Assembly: GCA_943359525.1 (NCBI GenBank)
Contig: CALRHV010000002.1
Span: 25,040 to 89,039 of the forward strand
Source of the DNA: Candidatus Uhrbacteria bacterium
GTDB taxonomy: Bacteria; Patescibacteriota; Patescibacteriia; UBA9934
DNA: 64,000 nucleotides
Direction of reading: 5' to 3'
Shown in pieces: positions 37,704 through 46,407 of the stretch. A program made the position numbers and the translations under genes. Within the stretch, counting starts at the first letter, position 1. Every line of letters begins with the position of its first letter. The notes under the pieces were generated by a model. That model made no database searches, had not been told where the DNA came from, and saw nothing but the letters and a program-made list of their open reading frames with translations.

Positions 37704-37813
37704 TCGAATTCGAGAATCAGACTGCCTTACTGCCGTCTTCCCATCACAACACCTCAAAAGATCAATTCATATTCAAGTTAACGTGCTATACTTTTTGTAA
37801 TTAACATTATTTT

Positions 37814-38602
37814 ATGGCTTCTTGGGAAAAAAATTCGTCGAGCTTTTGGCCAACGTGGGGGGAAAATAAGTTATTCACCGTGTTGCTCGCAATTCTCATG
37901 GTGTACAGCATCGTGTGGGTTGGCGCGCAGATGAAGAAAACAATGCGAGAATATTCGCATGTGGGATACAGCGATCTTACCGCACCAACCATTTCGGTGA
38001 GCGCTTCTGGCAAAGCAAGCGTAGTGCCAGACATCGCAACAACAGATGTGACAGTAATGAAAAATGCAGCAACAGCAGCGGACGCACAGAGTGCGGCATC
38101 GGCAACAATGACGACGGTGCTTGCAGCAATCAAGACGCTCGGCGTTCCGGACGCAGATATTCAAATCTCATCATTCAGCACGTCTGAAGTGTATGACTAC
38201 GATGTGAGTCCTGCGATAGTTACCGGCTATCAATCATCCCAAACGCTTACGGTAAAGGTTCGTGATACGAATCTTATCTCGAGTGTTCTCGACGCTGGCC
38301 CAAAGAATGGTGCGACATCGGTTTCGAGTATTCGATACGAGGTTGATGACGAAACTGCAACAATCAACGAAGCTCGTAATGAAGCAATTGTAAAAGCAAA
38401 GGAACAGGCAAAGAGTATCGCAGCATCGATGGGTGGACGTCTTGGGCGCGTAGTGAGTTACAACGAAAGTCGGGGAGGATCAGTGGTGTCGTATTACGGA
38501 ATAGCGGAAGCGGTGAAAGTCTCAGATTCAATTGCTCCTCCGGTTGAAGTTGGTTCGCAAGAAATTGAAATGACGGTTTCAATCACCTACGCACTCAATT
38601 AA
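37814..38602 (+). CDS. SIMPL-domain (DUF541, YggE-like) membrane-anchored protein
   Basis: N-terminal TM helix. ...QTLTVKVRD...ISSVLDAGPKNGATSVSSIRYEVDDE...ARNEAIVKAKEQAKSIA... matches the SIMPL family. Confidence 0.65.
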   Translation: MASWEKNSSSFWPTWGENKLFTVLLAILMVYSIVWVGAQMKKTMREYSHVGYSDLTAPTISVSASGKASVVPDIATTDVTVMKNAATAADAQSAASATMTTVLAAIKTLGVPDADIQISSFSTSEVYDYDVSPAIVTGYQSSQTLTVKVRDTNLISSVLDAGPKNGATSVSSIRYEVDDETATINEARNEAIVKAKEQAKSIAASMGGRLGRVVSYNESRGGSVVSYYGIAEAVKVSDSIAPPVEVGSQEIEMTVSITYALN

Positions 38603-38610
38603 TCCACGCT

Positions 38611-39870
38611 ATGCTCGAACGCATTGATGCAGTACATGCTCACGAAATTTTAGATTCGCGAGGGAATCCGACGGTTCATGTGTCGGTGATGCTTCGCGAC
38701 GGAACGCGCGGCCATGCTGCGGTACCGAGTGGCGCATCGACTGGCGTGCATGAGGCTGTCGAGCTTCGCGACGGCGACAAGAAACGATATCGCGGACTTG
38801 GTGTGCGAAAGGCGGTGCGAAATGTGAACGACATCATTGGTCCGGCGCTTCGTCGTCGCGATGTTGCGGATCAGCGGGGAATTGATGAATCGATGTGCGT
38901 CATCGATGGTACCGACAACAAGAAACGTCTCGGCGCCAATGCAATTCTCGGTGTTTCGCTCGCAGTTGCTCATGCCGGTGCTCGTCGTGCACGTATGCCG
39001 TTGTATGCGTATTTGCGCGAAACGTACGATATTGGATTGAGTAAGTTCAAGCTCCCAACTCCGTTATTGAACGTCTTTAATGGCGGACGACACGCGGATA
39101 CGAACCTGGACATGCAAGAATTCATCATCATTCCTCACGGCTTCTCGACGTTTTCGCGAAAGATGCAGGCAGGAAGCGAAATCTTTCACATGCTTGGCGA
39201 TGTGCTTCATGCCGACGGTCTTGATACGGATGTTGGAAACGAGGGTGGCTATGCTCCAGATGTTGGTCGCACAGAATCTGCGCTCGAATATCTCGTCCAG
39301 GCAGTGAGGAAGGCCAAGTACAAGCTCGGCAAGGAGATTGGTTTTGGAATCGACGTTGCCGCAAGCGAATTCTTTAATGCGAAAACAAAGAAGTACGAGC
39401 TTTCCACGGACAAGCGAAAGAACACGGCAAAACAAATGATCGACCTTTACGAGATGTGGAGCAAGAAGTACCCGATGATTTCCATCGAGGACGGACTTGC
39501 GGAGGATGCATGGGAAGATTGGGAGGAAATGACGAGACGTCTTGGAAAGAAGATGCTTCTCATTGGCGACGATCTCTTTGTGACCGATGTACGTCGTCTG
39601 CACCGCGGAATTGATTCCGGCGTTGCGAATTCCATTCTCATCAAGCCAAATCAGATTGGGACATTATCGGAGACCATGGAGGCGATCGCTCTCGCGAAAG
39701 AGAACAACTACAAAGTCATCATCTCCCATCGTTCCGGCGAAACAACAGATACAACCATTGCCGACATCGCCGTCGCCGTAAACGCCGAATTCATCAAATC
39801 GGGAGCGCCATCGCGATCAGAGAGACTATGCAAGTACAATCGATTGTTGGAGATTGAGGAGGAGATTTGA
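38611..39870 (+). CDS. eno: Enolase (phosphopyruvate hydratase)
   Basis: MLERIDAVHAHEILDSRGNPTV... and the C-terminal enolase signature IKPNQIGTLSET. Confidence 0.93.
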   Translation: MLERIDAVHAHEILDSRGNPTVHVSVMLRDGTRGHAAVPSGASTGVHEAVELRDGDKKRYRGLGVRKAVRNVNDIIGPALRRRDVADQRGIDESMCVIDGTDNKKRLGANAILGVSLAVAHAGARRARMPLYAYLRETYDIGLSKFKLPTPLLNVFNGGRHADTNLDMQEFIIIPHGFSTFSRKMQAGSEIFHMLGDVLHADGLDTDVGNEGGYAPDVGRTESALEYLVQAVRKAKYKLGKEIGFGIDVAASEFFNAKTKKYELSTDKRKNTAKQMIDLYEMWSKKYPMISIEDGLAEDAWEDWEEMTRRLGKKMLLIGDDLFVTDVRRLHRGIDSGVANSILIKPNQIGTLSETMEAIALAKENNYKVIISHRSGETTDTTIADIAVAVNAEFIKSGAPSRSERLCKYNRLLEIEEEI

Positions 39871-40030
39871 TGTGGATAGTTTTGACGAAAGCTGTTTTTT
39901 GTGGCTTAATATGTGCATCCGGGGATGTTTGAAAGAACACCTCTTCCAGGATGATCAAGAAATGCTTCGCGAATGCGAAGTATTTTTTGTTCGTTTTCTG
40001 TTCGTGTTATACTGCTTCGGTCGGATTATT

Positions 40031-40104
40031 GGGGCTGATGGTGTAATTGGTAACATTCCCGGCTTATCATCCTGGAGCTACGGGTTCGAGTCCCGTTCGG
40101 TCCA
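40031..40104 (+). other. tRNA-like fragment: a good T-arm (acggg-ttcgagt-cccgt) plus a 3' acceptor-like strand, but no foldable complete cloverleaf
   Basis: gggttcgagtccc is a T-loop consensus. An upstream D-arm-like ggtgtaattggtaacatt is present. The acceptor and anticodon stems do not pair in any register I could find. Confidence 0.3.
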
Positions 40105-40169
40105 TGGACCCCAAATCCGGCACCAATAATCGCCTAGCAATAGGCGATTTTGGTTTATAATGCGTCTGT

Positions 40170-40628
40170 ATGAAGATTTCAAGTTCAGCATTTCAGAACG
40201 GAGAAGTGATTCCTCAAAAGTACGGTCGAGATTTCGAGAATGTGAACCCGCCACTTCGAATCGAAGATGCTCCTAAGGGAATAGTGTCATTTGTATTAAC
40301 GATGGATGATCCAGATGTTCCGGAAGCTGCTGGAGTGCCGGTGTGGGATCACTGGGTGGTATTTAATATTCCACCAAACATTCTTAATATTCCAGAGCGT
40401 TGGAATGTGGAAGGGGTTCGAGGAAAAGGAACGAGAGGCGAGCTCGAATACGGTGGGCCTCGACCACCAGACAAAGAACATCGATACTTCTTTACTGTTT
40501 ATGCGATTGATACGACGCTCGATCTTCCCGAGGGAGCGACGAAAACCGAATGCCTCGGCGCAATGGCATGCCATATCCTTGAGAAAGCGGAGCTTATGGG
40601 GCGATTTGCGCCGACCGTTTCTCTGTAG
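40170..40628 (+). CDS. YbhB/YbcL family (PEBP-like, Raf kinase inhibitor-like) protein
   Basis: ...YGGPRPPDKEHRYFFTVYAIDTTLDLPEG... is the PEBP family signature (GPxPPxGxHRY). Confidence 0.75.
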   Translation: MKISSSAFQNGEVIPQKYGRDFENVNPPLRIEDAPKGIVSFVLTMDDPDVPEAAGVPVWDHWVVFNIPPNILNIPERWNVEGVRGKGTRGELEYGGPRPPDKEHRYFFTVYAIDTTLDLPEGATKTECLGAMACHILEKAELMGRFAPTVSL

Positions 40629-40645
40629 CTCGTTTCACGAAGCCG

Positions 40646-40718
40646 TCATCCCCGCGCAGGCGGGGATCCAGAGTGTTCGTCATTGAAAGATGGATCCCCG
40701 CATGCGCGGGGATGACTG
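40646..40718. repeat. Palindromic repeat family 2, two units in inverted orientation
   Basis: gtcatccccgcgcaggcggggatccagagtgttcg ... ggatccccgcatgcgcggggatgac. Confidence 0.7.
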
Positions 40719-40725
40719 AATCAGA

Positions 40726-42000
40726 TCACTCATGATCATAGTGCCATCCGCTGACGCGTTCTAAGAAAACCGTATTCAGCGTACTTGCGCGGTGCCAGGC
40801 ACCTGTGCCGAAGCGTTTCGCGATGAGGTCGAGGGCTGTGAGGCAGCGGTCGTAGCGCTCGTTGTGTTCAGGGAGGAGGGATGGGATTTTATCGGAGAAG
40901 TGTGTTGCGCTGATGCCGAGGAGACGGATCCCGCGATCGAGATCGATGATCGGCAATAGAGATCGGAAACCGTGTTCGAAGAGGGTTAATCCGTCGTTGG
41001 TTGCTTCCGGGAGCTGGGCGCTTGTTCCGCCCCCACCACCGTCTTCGTATCGTGCAAAAACATTCACGTGGGTTGTGAAAAGATTTTGATTTCGTAAACG
41101 CTGCGCCACCATGTCGGCAAGCGCGAGGAGGTTGTCGTGGATTTCATCATCAGTTTCGAGACCTCGAGGAAAGGTGTAGGAATGGCCGACGGACTTTGGA
41201 TCGTCGCCTTCGGAATCGATGACAACATCGTCGCCGATTCCGCGTGCGACGTTCCAGAGAAATTCTGCGGTGTGAGGACCGAATTCGGAAATGAGACGAT
41301 CGATTGGTGCTGCGCGAAGATGAAGAATTGTAGTGATGCCGAGGTTGATGAGCCGCTTTCCAAGTCGTGGTCCAATTCCGCAGATATCTCGAAGCGATCG
41401 TGCTGCAACGAAATCTTCGACCTCTGTTGGATCGACGTACGTGAATCCATTTGGTTTCACTAATTCGCTCGCGAGTTTTGCAATGACCTTGTTCGGGCCG
41501 ATTCCGATGGACGCCGTACACGCTTCGCCGATTGTTTTGATAATTTTTGATCGAAGAATCTGCGCGAGGAGAACCGCGCCGAATTTGTCGGCGGCAACGG
41601 TGGTGATGTCGGCGAAGGCTTCGTCTACGCTGAACTGTTCAACGGCGTCGCAGTGTTCACGAAGGATCTTGAGGAATCGATGGGTCACCTCGGCATATTT
41701 GCGAGGGTCACCGGGAATAATCGGGAGATTCGGAATGATACGCTGCGCTTCGTGCGTTGTCATCGCAGTCTTTACTCCAAGATTTTTTGCCTCACGCGAA
41801 GCGGTTGTGACGACTGATCGCGAATGAGAAAGCTCGCTGATGGATGTTCGTTTTCCTTGAATTGCCCCCGCCTCGCGGTCGATCCGCCCTTTTCCTTTGC
41901 CGGCCACTGCAAATGCCTTCCCGCGAAGAAACGGATTTGCCTGCGCCTCGACAGATGCGAAAAAAGAATTGAAATCAATGTGCAAAATCAATCGCGGCAT
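40726..42000 (-). CDS. dinB: Y-family DNA polymerase (DNA polymerase IV, DinB-like)
   Basis: MPRLILHIDFNSFFASVEAQANPFLRGKAFAVAG... is the Y-family N-terminal motif (HxDxDxFFA). Palm, finger, thumb and little-finger length. Confidence 0.85.
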   Translation of the reverse strand: MPRLILHIDFNSFFASVEAQANPFLRGKAFAVAGKGKGRIDREAGAIQGKRTSISELSHSRSVVTTASREAKNLGVKTAMTTHEAQRIIPNLPIIPGDPRKYAEVTHRFLKILREHCDAVEQFSVDEAFADITTVAADKFGAVLLAQILRSKIIKTIGEACTASIGIGPNKVIAKLASELVKPNGFTYVDPTEVEDFVAARSLRDICGIGPRLGKRLINLGITTILHLRAAPIDRLISEFGPHTAEFLWNVARGIGDDVVIDSEGDDPKSVGHSYTFPRGLETDDEIHDNLLALADMVAQRLRNQNLFTTHVNVFARYEDGGGGGTSAQLPEATNDGLTLFEHGFRSLLPIIDLDRGIRLLGISATHFSDKIPSLLPEHNERYDRCLTALDLIAKRFGTGAWHRASTLNTVFLERVSGWHYDHE

Positions 42001-42012
42001 ACTCTTAATTCC

Positions 42013-42056
42013 GTCATTGCGAGGAGAACGTAATCGTTCGACGCGGCAATCTAGGC
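42013..42056. repeat. Family-1-variant palindromic element upstream of dinB, containing GAACGTAATCGTTC (42026..42039)
   Basis: Reverse complement identical to 18563..18601 upstream of gyrB. GAAC-N6-GTTC is a LexA-box-like dyad. Confidence 0.6.
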
Positions 42057-42126
42057 TACTTCAGCTATCCCCGTTCCCTCGGTCATCCCCGCGTAGGCGG
42101 GGATCCAGACTCTGCTTCTCTCATTT

Positions 42127-42256
42127 ATCAACGGGTCCTGTCGCCTCGGACCCCGTTACGGTGCTCAGCTCGCACGTGAAAGTTCGCGGTAATCATCGTT
42201 GAAGGCCTGTGCTCGTTGCGCTCCGTACGGGGACCTCCCTCGGCGCCACCCGTTGA
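42127..42256. repeat. Repeat family 3 (~130-146 nt, terminal inverted repeats ATCAAC[G/A]GGT...ACCCGTTGAT). A second copy is at 50467..50612.
   Basis: Long alignable stretch: ...ggtcctgtc.cctcggaccccgttacggtgctca.c.cgcacg...tgctcgttgcgctccgta...cctccctcggcgccacccgttgat. Confidence 0.65.
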
Positions 42257-42454
42257 TTATTCGCTTCGCGTATCCAGTGCATCATTCTCGATTCAGCAGC
42301 GCCAGCGGCAGCCGAAGATTATTCTCAAACCGTCGTGCTTGGGTTCGCGGCTTGAGGATGGTGCGATGCTTGCGAGCTTTTTGGATGTGTGACGAGAGAA
42401 TTTCGCTCAGTGAAAAGGTGAAACGATTTCCGGTCCTCCGACGGGTGTTCATAT

Positions 42455-42706
42455 TTATTCGCTATAAAATTCTACAATTCTCCACTCTAAGGCCCCAGTG
42501 TCTAAGCGAAGTTTCATAAACGATGCGTTGTCCGAAACAGAAAAGTAGTAAATGCGTTTCTCGCCCTCGGTTGTGCTGTGGACGAGATTTACCTTACTCA
42601 TGACGTACGTTCGCTTTCCCCAGTGCACATGCGTTGGATGAACACGCTTTCCTGCAAACTCGACACGGACATCGACGGGTTCGTTGAGGAGTTCGTGGAC
42701 GGACAT
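42455..42706 (-). CDS. Hypothetical small protein between lexA and dinB (possible SOS-regulon member)
   Basis: ORF 42455..42832. The Met at 42706 gives ~83 aa. No recognisable motif. Confidence 0.35.
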   Translation of the reverse strand: MSVHELLNEPVDVRVEFAGKRVHPTHVHWGKRTYVMSKVNLVHSTTEGEKRIYYFSVSDNASFMKLRLDTGALEWRIVEFYSE

Positions 42707-42888
42707 ATTATGCGAGGCGCAGTGGCGCGAAAGACCGGATGTGTTTACGGAAGCGACGGAGATTGAGAAACTGACGAATCTGTTTTGCAACTTCGTGGCG
42801 TTTTGTGTGGAAAGGTGAAGAGCAGTAAGCAACCGTCACATTGTAGTGACGAATAGAAATGGCATTCATAATGTTGGTGATGAATGAT

Positions 42889-43518
42889 TTAGATTGTAGA
42901 AAACCTTCGCATCACGGCCCTTACAATTCCTTGAATGTTTAAATCTCCTTTGATGATAATTGGTTGCATGGTGCTGTTGGCTGGTTGGAGGCGGATGTGG
43001 TCACTTTCGCGGTAGAAACGTTTGAGTGTGGCGTATGCGTTGTCCAGAAGTGCAACCACGATGTCTCCGTTCTTTGGTGAAGGATTTCGTTCAACCACGA
43101 CGTAGTCACCGTCGAAGATTCCGTCCTCGATCATTGATCGCCCTTTTACTTTGAGGATGTACGAGTTCATTGGATCGACGACAAAGTCCGCGGGAATGGC
43201 CATGGCTTCGTTCTGTTCTACGGCTTCGATGGGCTCGCCGGCGGTGATGAGTCCGGCTAATGGGAGCATAATGGCGAGAGGAGACATGCGCTCTGGCTCC
43301 ACGAGTTCGATGCTTCGTGCCTCACCTCTGTCGCCGGTGTTGATGATGCCTTTTTCACACAGTGTTTTGATGTGCTGATGGATGGTGGCTGGGGATGAAA
43401 GGCCGAGCTGTTCGGCGATTTCGCGATAGGATGGCGTGTAGCCATTGTCCTTCACAAAACCTTCAATACAGTCGAGGACTTCACGTTGTTTCTTGGTGAG
43501 TGGTGGAAGAATGGACAT
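42889..43518 (-). CDS. lexA: LexA repressor
   Basis: N-terminal wHTH (LTKKQREVLDCIEGFVKDNGYTPSYREIAEQLGLSSPATIHQHIKTL). Cleavage site AG in LITAGEP. S24 peptidase Ser/Lys region (KVKGRSMIEDGI...). Confidence 0.88.
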   Translation of the reverse strand: MSILPPLTKKQREVLDCIEGFVKDNGYTPSYREIAEQLGLSSPATIHQHIKTLCEKGIINTGDRGEARSIELVEPERMSPLAIMLPLAGLITAGEPIEAVEQNEAMAIPADFVVDPMNSYILKVKGRSMIEDGIFDGDYVVVERNPSPKNGDIVVALLDNAYATLKRFYRESDHIRLQPANSTMQPIIIKGDLNIQGIVRAVMRRFSTI

Positions 43519-43519
43519 A

Positions 43520-43566
43520 GGCGTTCGCTTTATGTTCGTATCATAGACGAACGGAAAACGAACGCA
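43520..43566. promoter_or_regulatory. Cluster of CGAAC/GTTCG half-sites upstream of lexA (candidate autoregulatory SOS box region)
   Basis: gcgttcgctttatgttcgtatcatagacgaacggaaaacgaacgc contains four GAAC/GTTC half-sites, including the dyad GTTCG-N9-CGAAC. Confidence 0.4.
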
Positions 43567-43616
43567 AGCCTCTCGGTGTGGATAACGTTTTGTGGTAGTC
43601 TCTTTGTATCCTTTTT

Positions 43617-44657
43617 ATGCTCAAAGTCGTTGAAGCTCCGCTCGCTGGGCATCCAGACAAAGTGTGTGATCAGATCGTCGAATCCGTCCTCGACGAATAT
43701 TTGCGACGCGATCCGTTAACGCGCATGGATGTTCAGGCATTGGGCAGCAACGGCATGGTGATGCTTGGTGGCGTGGTGGATTCTCGCGCAGATTTTGATG
43801 CTGCCGCGGTGGGGAAGGCGGTGTACGCGGCGGCGGGATACACGGATGCGATTGAGCTTTTTGTGAACCTTGATAAACCAACAGAAGATTCTGCGCGAAC
43901 CATGGTACGTGGTGGCGCGCAAGGTACGGCGATTGTTCACGGATACGCCACAAAGGAAACACGAGAGATGTTGCCGCGAAGTGTGGTGTACGCAAACGTG
44001 ATTGCTCGCCGTATTGATATGCTGCGCCAAAGCGATCCGCGGTTTGCATGGCTGCGACCAGACGGAAAGGTGCAGCTCGCAACGGATGGCGATCGTGTTC
44101 GTGCAGTGACGGTTATCGTTGAGCACGACCCGACGATGGAGTTGTCGATTGTGCAATCGCAGATCGTGGAAGAGGCTATCGCGTCATCGTTGCCGTCCAT
44201 GGATGATGTAAAGATTTTAGTAAACTCTGGCGGATCGTTTACCAAAGGTGGATTCGGGGCGAACGCTGGCGTGTCTGGACGAAAAGTTCTTGCGGATTCG
44301 TACGGTGGACTATTGCCACACGGTGGAATGGGTCTTGCAGGAAAAGATCCATTGAAACCAGGACGTTCCGGAACATACATGGCGCGTTTTGCGGCAAAGA
44401 CATTGGTGACGGAAGGTGTTGCGTCGAATGTACTTATTACGGCGATGTACGCGCTTGGTATCGCTGAGCCGCTCGTACTCTCTGCGCGATCGGGCAGCGG
44501 CGAGGACTTAACCGATGAGGTAAAGAAGCGTTTCGATTTCCGTCCAGAAGCTATTGTTGAACGCCTTCAGCTCCGAAAGCCAATCTACGCATCGTGCGCC
44601 ACCTACGGCATGTTTGGAAGAACCGGTTTACCATGGGAAGACGTCGACGTTGTATAA
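43617..44657 (+). CDS. metK: S-adenosylmethionine synthetase (short, divergent form)
   Basis: N-terminal GHPDKVCDQI motif and a C-terminal ...TYGMFGR...PWE motif, at 346 aa. Confidence 0.75.
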   Translation: MLKVVEAPLAGHPDKVCDQIVESVLDEYLRRDPLTRMDVQALGSNGMVMLGGVVDSRADFDAAAVGKAVYAAAGYTDAIELFVNLDKPTEDSARTMVRGGAQGTAIVHGYATKETREMLPRSVVYANVIARRIDMLRQSDPRFAWLRPDGKVQLATDGDRVRAVTVIVEHDPTMELSIVQSQIVEEAIASSLPSMDDVKILVNSGGSFTKGGFGANAGVSGRKVLADSYGGLLPHGGMGLAGKDPLKPGRSGTYMARFAAKTLVTEGVASNVLITAMYALGIAEPLVLSARSGSGEDLTDEVKKRFDFRPEAIVERLQLRKPIYASCATYGMFGRTGLPWEDVDVV

Positions 44658-44664
44658 TACGGGA

Positions 44665-45414
44665 ATGAAATCGATTCGAGGAATTTTTGGGATTTTTTCC
44701 GTGGTTGTTTTTGGAATGACGGTGTGGTTCATTGTGGCAAAAGAACCGGAAGCGCGAGAGGTAAAAAGTGAGGATGGTGTTGTGACAATGACGGGGCTTT
44801 CTCGAACGGCGAATGATTTTTCTGTGACGATTGATGATGCGGCAACGGTCGCGACGCCGCTTGTCAGTCACGTCTATCGCATTGCGCCAACATATGTGCA
44901 ACATGATGCACCGGTGGTGCTTTCCTTTGAACGATCGGCAACTGCGGGAACGCTGAATGCGACGGCGGTGTATTGGTTTGATGCGTCGCTGGGCATGTGG
45001 GAGCAGTTGTATGATGTCGTTGCCGACACTGACGATGTGCTCGCTGTACAGGTGACGATGCTTGGTGATTTTGCGCTCGGCATTACACCGCGTGTTCTTG
45101 CGCCAACGATGCTCACTGCGTTCGATGCGCTGCGAGCGAAGGCGCCGAGTGGAACTCGAGGATACGGAATTTCCGTTGCATACACTTTGCCTAACGGCGT
45201 GCCGGTGCGTTTAGAGAATGTGAGCGAACACGGCGGGTGCGGTGGACGAATTGGTGCTGGTGATCATAATGAATACTCGTCGTCATCGACGACATTGTCG
45301 ATTCCGGTAGATGACGTTGATACGCGTGTTGCGTTGATGTTGGTGGGTGAATGGATCGTGTCTGCTGATGGTGCAGGCTGTGCGGTTGGGGAAGATTTGG
45401 CGCCGCGAGAGTGA
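44665..45414 (+). CDS. Hypothetical membrane-anchored secreted protein
   Basis: N-terminal TM/signal anchor (IFGIFSVVVFGMTVWFIV), then a soluble domain. No family recognised. Confidence 0.45.
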   Translation: MKSIRGIFGIFSVVVFGMTVWFIVAKEPEAREVKSEDGVVTMTGLSRTANDFSVTIDDAATVATPLVSHVYRIAPTYVQHDAPVVLSFERSATAGTLNATAVYWFDASLGMWEQLYDVVADTDDVLAVQVTMLGDFALGITPRVLAPTMLTAFDALRAKAPSGTRGYGISVAYTLPNGVPVRLENVSEHGGCGGRIGAGDHNEYSSSSTTLSIPVDDVDTRVALMLVGEWIVSADGAGCAVGEDLAPRE

Positions 45415-45447
45415 TATACTTCCGTCATCCGTTATCAATACAAAATT

Positions 45448-45717
45448 ATGGCAACACGTGCTCCGTCAAAAAAATCTGTTGCAGCACCTCGTCGTGCACG
45501 ATCGTTTTCGTCCGCATCGCACGTCGTTCCAGTTGTTGCGCCTGCTCGTCATCACAATCTTTGCCAAAGCTGCCACGCGCTTCCTGCCGGAAGTATGGAA
45601 TTGATGGCGCTCTTGCTCGTTTTGGTCTTTTCTCTTTCTGCGGTACTCTTTACATCGGTGTACGCGCTTCGTATTCAGCAGGCGAAAGTACAAACTCTTA
45701 CATCGCAATTACAATAA
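45448..45717 (+). CDS. Hypothetical small protein with C-terminal TM helix
   Basis: 89 aa. Basic N-terminus, hydrophobic MELMALLLVLVFSLSAVLF segment, then a short coiled tail. Confidence 0.35.
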   Translation: MATRAPSKKSVAAPRRARSFSSASHVVPVVAPARHHNLCQSCHALPAGSMELMALLLVLVFSLSAVLFTSVYALRIQQAKVQTLTSQLQ

Positions 45718-45721
45718 TACT

Positions 45722-46357
45722 GTGAAAAATACACTGATCATCACCGCTGGGTTTTTGTTGCTTATGGGTGCGGGTTGTACAACGTCGGCACCATCGGGTA
45801 CAACTCCTGCAGCACAAGATTCTTCATCACCTACCCCTGTTGTGGAAAAACAAACATGGACATTCCCTGGTGCACTTCCCGCTGAGCAGATTCAGAACAA
45901 GCAGATTCGTTTAACAACATCGAAAGGCGACATCGTCTTCACGCTGTACGACGACACTGCGCCAAAAACTGTTTCGAATTTCGTGTATCTTGCAGGAGGT
46001 GGCTACTACGATGGACTCATTTTTCATCGCGTCATTGAGGACTTCATGATCCAAGGTGGCGATCCAACAGGAACGGGATCTGGCGGACCTGGATACAAGT
46101 TTGACGATGAACTTACTGATAGTCGCACCTACACTCGCGGAACAGTGGCAATGGCGAATGCGGGAAAGAACACGAACGGAAGTCAGTTTTTCATCATGCA
46201 TAAAGACGTTCCTCTTCCACACAGCTACAGTATTTTCGGGCAAGTCATCGAGGGGATGGATATTGTCGACCTTATCGCTGCAACGCCAGTCGATGGCCGC
46301 GATCGGCCGGTCACTGAAGTTACCATGACAAAAGTCACGGTTGAAGATATCAAATAA
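45722..46357 (+). CDS. ppiB: Cyclophilin-type peptidyl-prolyl cis-trans isomerase, lipoprotein
   Basis: Lipobox LLLMGAGC. The cyclophilin core is ...FHRVIEDFMIQGGDPTGTGSGGPGYKFDDE...MANAGKNTNGSQFFI... Confidence 0.88.
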   Translation: MKNTLIITAGFLLLMGAGCTTSAPSGTTPAAQDSSSPTPVVEKQTWTFPGALPAEQIQNKQIRLTTSKGDIVFTLYDDTAPKTVSNFVYLAGGGYYDGLIFHRVIEDFMIQGGDPTGTGSGGPGYKFDDELTDSRTYTRGTVAMANAGKNTNGSQFFIMHKDVPLPHSYSIFGQVIEGMDIVDLIAATPVDGRDRPVTEVTMTKVTVEDIK

Positions 46358-46363
46358 AAATAT

Positions 46364-46390
46364 AGGCGAGGCCACCGTGCCTCGCCTTTG
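46364..46390 (+). terminator. Terminator-like hairpin (aggcgaggccaccgtgcctcgcct followed by TTT) after ppiB
   Basis: 9-bp GC stem and a short T-run. Confidence 0.5.
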
Positions 46391-46407
46391 TGATAGTATT
46401 TTGGTAT

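Noticed and set aside
40031-40104. Calling a complete tRNA gene
   Set aside because: Only the T-arm and part of a D-arm are canonical. Acceptor and anticodon stems cannot be paired, and the candidate anticodon loop gives an implausible anticodon. Kept only as a tRNA-like fragment.
39854-40129. 91-aa ORF downstream of eno
   Set aside because: Cys/Phe-rich low-complexity translation running through the tRNA-like fragment. Most likely noncoding.
40306-40686. ORF encoding ...HEAVIPAQAGIQSVRH and similar ORFs overlapping the repeat units
   Set aside because: These are ghost translations of palindromic repeats that overlap the real PEBP-family gene on the same strand in another frame. They are not independent genes.
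40646-42262. A possible CRISPR array, suggested by repeated GC-rich palindromes (GTCATCCCCGCG.AGGCGGGGATCCAG) recurring within a few hundred nt
   Set aside because: The copies are irregularly spaced, in mixed orientations, dispersed over the whole window, and interleaved with other repeat families. There are no uniform spacers. They behave like MITE/REP elements, not a CRISPR array.
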